DNA from: an uncultured Acidobacteriota bacterium
GTDB lineage: Bacteria > Acidobacteriota > Terriglobia > UBA7540
Direction of reading: 5' to 3'
Length of the DNA: 64,000 nucleotides
Assembly: GCA_963804995.1 (NCBI GenBank)
Contig: CAWDSK010000001.1
Location: 512,001-576,000, forward strand
Below are positions 61,696 through 64,000 of the stretch, in pieces; position 1 is the first letter of the stretch; each line of letters begins with the position of its first letter. A program made the translations under genes and the position numbers. The notes under the pieces were generated by a model, which was given only the letters and a program-made list of their open reading frames with translations, did not search any database and was not told the origin of the DNA.

Positions 61696-63111
61696 TCACG
61701 CGTAAGAGTGCAATCCTGGCAGCAAATAAGTAACGCCGAAGAAGGTGAACATTACGACGGCGAAGCCGATGATGGCGAAATAGGCCGAGCGTCGTCTGCG
61801 CCACCCCCGCGTGAGCCGCATGTGCAGGTATCCGGCGTAGGTCAGCCAGGTAATCAGGGCCCAATCTTCTTTAGGATCCCAGCTCCAATACGAGCCCCAG
61901 GTGCGATTAGCCCAGTAAGCGCCGGCGATGATCATCAAGGTCAGCAGCGGAAAAGAAATCGCCACGGTTTTATAAATCATCTCGTCGAGCACATCGCGGT
62001 TGGGCAGGAAATTGGCGATGGTGTCGCGTTTCCAATTCAGCACCTGCCACGCGAGCGAAACGAACAGCGCCGTGACCACGCCTGCCAGCAGAAACGGGCT
62101 GGCTGCCAGATGCACGCCAAAGCTCTGCCCATATTGTGGAACCTCGTAGGGCCCTGCATTCACCTTGACCAACAGGAGCGCGAGCGACAGCGCCTGGGCG
62201 AAGAGCGTAGCCATGTACACGCGGCGCGCCAGGGTCTCCCAGCGCTCACTTGAAGCCGAAGACGTGCCCACCAGATTCAGCGCCAGCGTGGCCGCTGCGA
62301 GCGCCAGCACCAGAACGAAGGGCCAGCCCAGCCCCTCGAGGGGCACCATCAGCGCCTGGTGAGGAGCCTGCATTACTTTCTCATGCGCCGCGGCGTCCCA
62401 AGCGGGCAGCATCAGCGCCATGCCGCTCGATACAGAAGTCGCCGCGACGACGCCGTAGATGCCCACCACCAGCGCCGCGCTCCAACTGAGAAAGCTGCGG
62501 AGGGCGACGCCGTCTTTGATCAAATAAAGCAGCGCCACGGCAAACGAAATGGTGAAACCCGCGTAGCTCAGCATGGCGAGCGTCACGTGAATCTGCAACC
62601 AGGTGGATTGCAACGCCGGCACCAGGGGCCGAATCTCCCCCGGCAGCACCTGCATGAGGACGAGCGACAGCGCGGCGATGGGCACCGTGATAGCGCCCAG
62701 GAAGGGCAGCTCGAAATTCCATTCCGCCAGCTCGTGCAGCGCCACGACGCCCCAGGAAAACATCAGCACCATCTCATAGATATTCGAAAGGGGTGCGTGC
62801 CCCGAACTCGCCCAGCGCACCACAATCGCCGTGGTATGCAGCATGAAGCCGCCCCGCGTCAGCGCCACCGCGCCTGCCAACAGACCTGCCTGCCGCACCG
62901 CCGCCGCTAAAACGTACAACGCCGCCGCGCCCAGATAGGCAACGAGTGCCAAGTAGAGAAATTTCTCGCCCGTCAACCACCCCTCGCGTCCCACCAGGTG
63001 CGGGACGGAGATGGCTGTCACGGTCAGTACTGCCACGCTGACCACCAGAAGGATCCAGCTTGAGGCGCTCTGCTGGCCGCGGTCCGCGGTTTGTGTCATC
63101 GCTTTCGCCAT
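61696..63111 (-). CDS. ccsA: Cytochrome c biogenesis System II CcsA/ResC
   Basis: HAPLSNIYE, PALQSTWLQIHV, WANRTWGSYWSWDPKE, GLHSYA. Confidence 0.93.
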   Translation of the reverse strand: MAKAMTQTADRGQQSASSWILLVVSVAVLTVTAISVPHLVGREGWLTGEKFLYLALVAYLGAAALYVLAAAVRQAGLLAGAVALTRGGFMLHTTAIVVRWASSGHAPLSNIYEMVLMFSWGVVALHELAEWNFELPFLGAITVPIAALSLVLMQVLPGEIRPLVPALQSTWLQIHVTLAMLSYAGFTISFAVALLYLIKDGVALRSFLSWSAALVVGIYGVVAATSVSSGMALMLPAWDAAAHEKVMQAPHQALMVPLEGLGWPFVLVLALAAATLALNLVGTSSASSERWETLARRVYMATLFAQALSLALLLVKVNAGPYEVPQYGQSFGVHLAASPFLLAGVVTALFVSLAWQVLNWKRDTIANFLPNRDVLDEMIYKTVAISFPLLTLMIIAGAYWANRTWGSYWSWDPKEDWALITWLTYAGYLHMRLTRGWRRRRSAYFAIIGFAVVMFTFFGVTYLLPGLHSYA

Positions 63112-63194
63112 GTTCTGCTCCCTTGCTAAGTCTTGAACTGATCGCCGGCTTGCCGCGCTAGAAACCTTGAAGTTGAGAACTAAGTGAAGCACGC

Positions 63195-63340
63195 GTAGCG
63201 CGGTCCCCCGTTTTTGGGGTCCGCGGTTCTTCCTTTGGAAACTCCGAAAACCTTAAACCCGGGCGGCTTCTTCGCCACATTACATTTGCTCCCATGACGC
63301 ACGAAGAACCGCAGACCTCAAGAGCGGAGGTCTGCGCTAC
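63195..63340. repeat. GTAG...CTAC REP doublet between resB and ccsA
   Basis: GTAGCGCGG..CCGCGGTTCTTC and GAAGAACCGCAG..CTGCGCTAC are inverted copies. Confidence 0.85.
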
Positions 63341-63426
63341 ACTTACTTCTTCCGCTCTATCATGCGCCGCAGTCATCTTCTCGGCGGGCGTCAGGACACG
63401 GCCAGTGTCGCGCCCCGACGCTTTTC

Positions 63427-64000
63427 TTATGCCGCCGAAACCGTTTCGGTTACACCCTCAGAGGTGTTCTGCAAAGCCTTCTCCAGCTCATCCGCCAGAT
63501 GCTGGAAGGTGCGCTCAAATTTCTCACGATACTTGCTGGGCTGGCCGCCGAGCAGCAGCACCGGGCGACCCTTGCGGTCGCTCGCCACCACCCCCCAGAT
63601 GCGGATGTGCGAGAGGTACAGCGCCATCATCAGGCCGGCGCACAGCACCAGGCAGCCGAGCCAGATCAACCCTTGCCCGGGCTCGCGAGCCACTTGCAAG
63701 CCCGTCATGTATTCCATGTCCAGGCTGACTAATCGAAAGTTTATGCCCGTATCGTTGGGTGCCTTCGTGTCGGGCGCCTTGGGCAGAATCCAGGCGGTCG
63801 TCGGCTTGTCGCCCGGCCGCGTAACTTGCAGGCGAATGGCGGGGTTATTGGGCTCAGCGGAACGCGAGGCGATCTGGTTGCCTTCCAGCACGAAATCGGG
63901 GATGAAGTCGCCCAATTCGACCGTCGCGCCCTGCTGACCGAGCGGCGCCGGCGTCCCGGGCGCCAGGGTAAGCGTCTGATATTTCTCTGCTCCCTTTTCG
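63427..64000 (-). CDS. resB: Cytochrome c biogenesis ResB/CcsB, C-terminal part (runs off window)
   Basis: S.EPNNPA, YMTGLQVAREPG..LIWLG, LYLSHIRIW; upstream of ccsA. Confidence 0.85.
   Translation of the reverse strand, partial: EKGAEKYQTLTLAPGTPAPLGQQGATVELGDFIPDFVLEGNQIASRSAEPNNPAIRLQVTRPGDKPTTAWILPKAPDTKAPNDTGINFRLVSLDMEYMTGLQVAREPGQGLIWLGCLVLCAGLMMALYLSHIRIWGVVASDRKGRPVLLLGGQPSKYREKFERTFQHLADELEKALQNTSEGVTETVSAA

Overview
GC-rich bacterial chromosome segment. Gene content and intergenic repeat style suggest Acidobacteriota (inference). At least eight single-site frameshifts suggest an imperfectly polished assembly. Left to right: (1) Two abutting insertion sequences share one triplicated GGGAGAAG target. 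The IS1-family element (308-2174) also carries a winged-helix gene, an unannotated 58-aa gene and a candidate ~85-nt structured ncRNA with its own promoter and terminator; the second is an ISKra4-family element. (2) A 13.4-kb convergent Ser/Thr-phosphosignalling locus: kinase-PEGA, FHA-GAF-adenylate cyclase, His-less trypsin-like protein, PHP hydrolase and ZnR-FHA-FHA on +; PP2C, ZnR-3xFHA-ABC exporter and a small membrane protein on -. (3) A carbohydrate-use region (GH5-like, DUF6259, GH78, GH39-like, sialidase, fucI), interrupted by an IS701-like element with a 21-bp hairpin target duplication and by a small R-M/DUF2971 defence islet. (4) Fluoride riboswitch-crcB-DUF190. (5) A radical SAM-ABC-LolA-like operon, oxidoreductases, an NCS1 permease and a PIG-L deacetylase. 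(6) SSS-galT-galK, yfiT, PilZ and System II cytochrome c biogenesis genes. GTAG-type REP doublets and heptamer arrays occupy many intergenic spaces. No rRNA, tRNA or CRISPR array was seen. All family assignments come from motif reading, not database searches.
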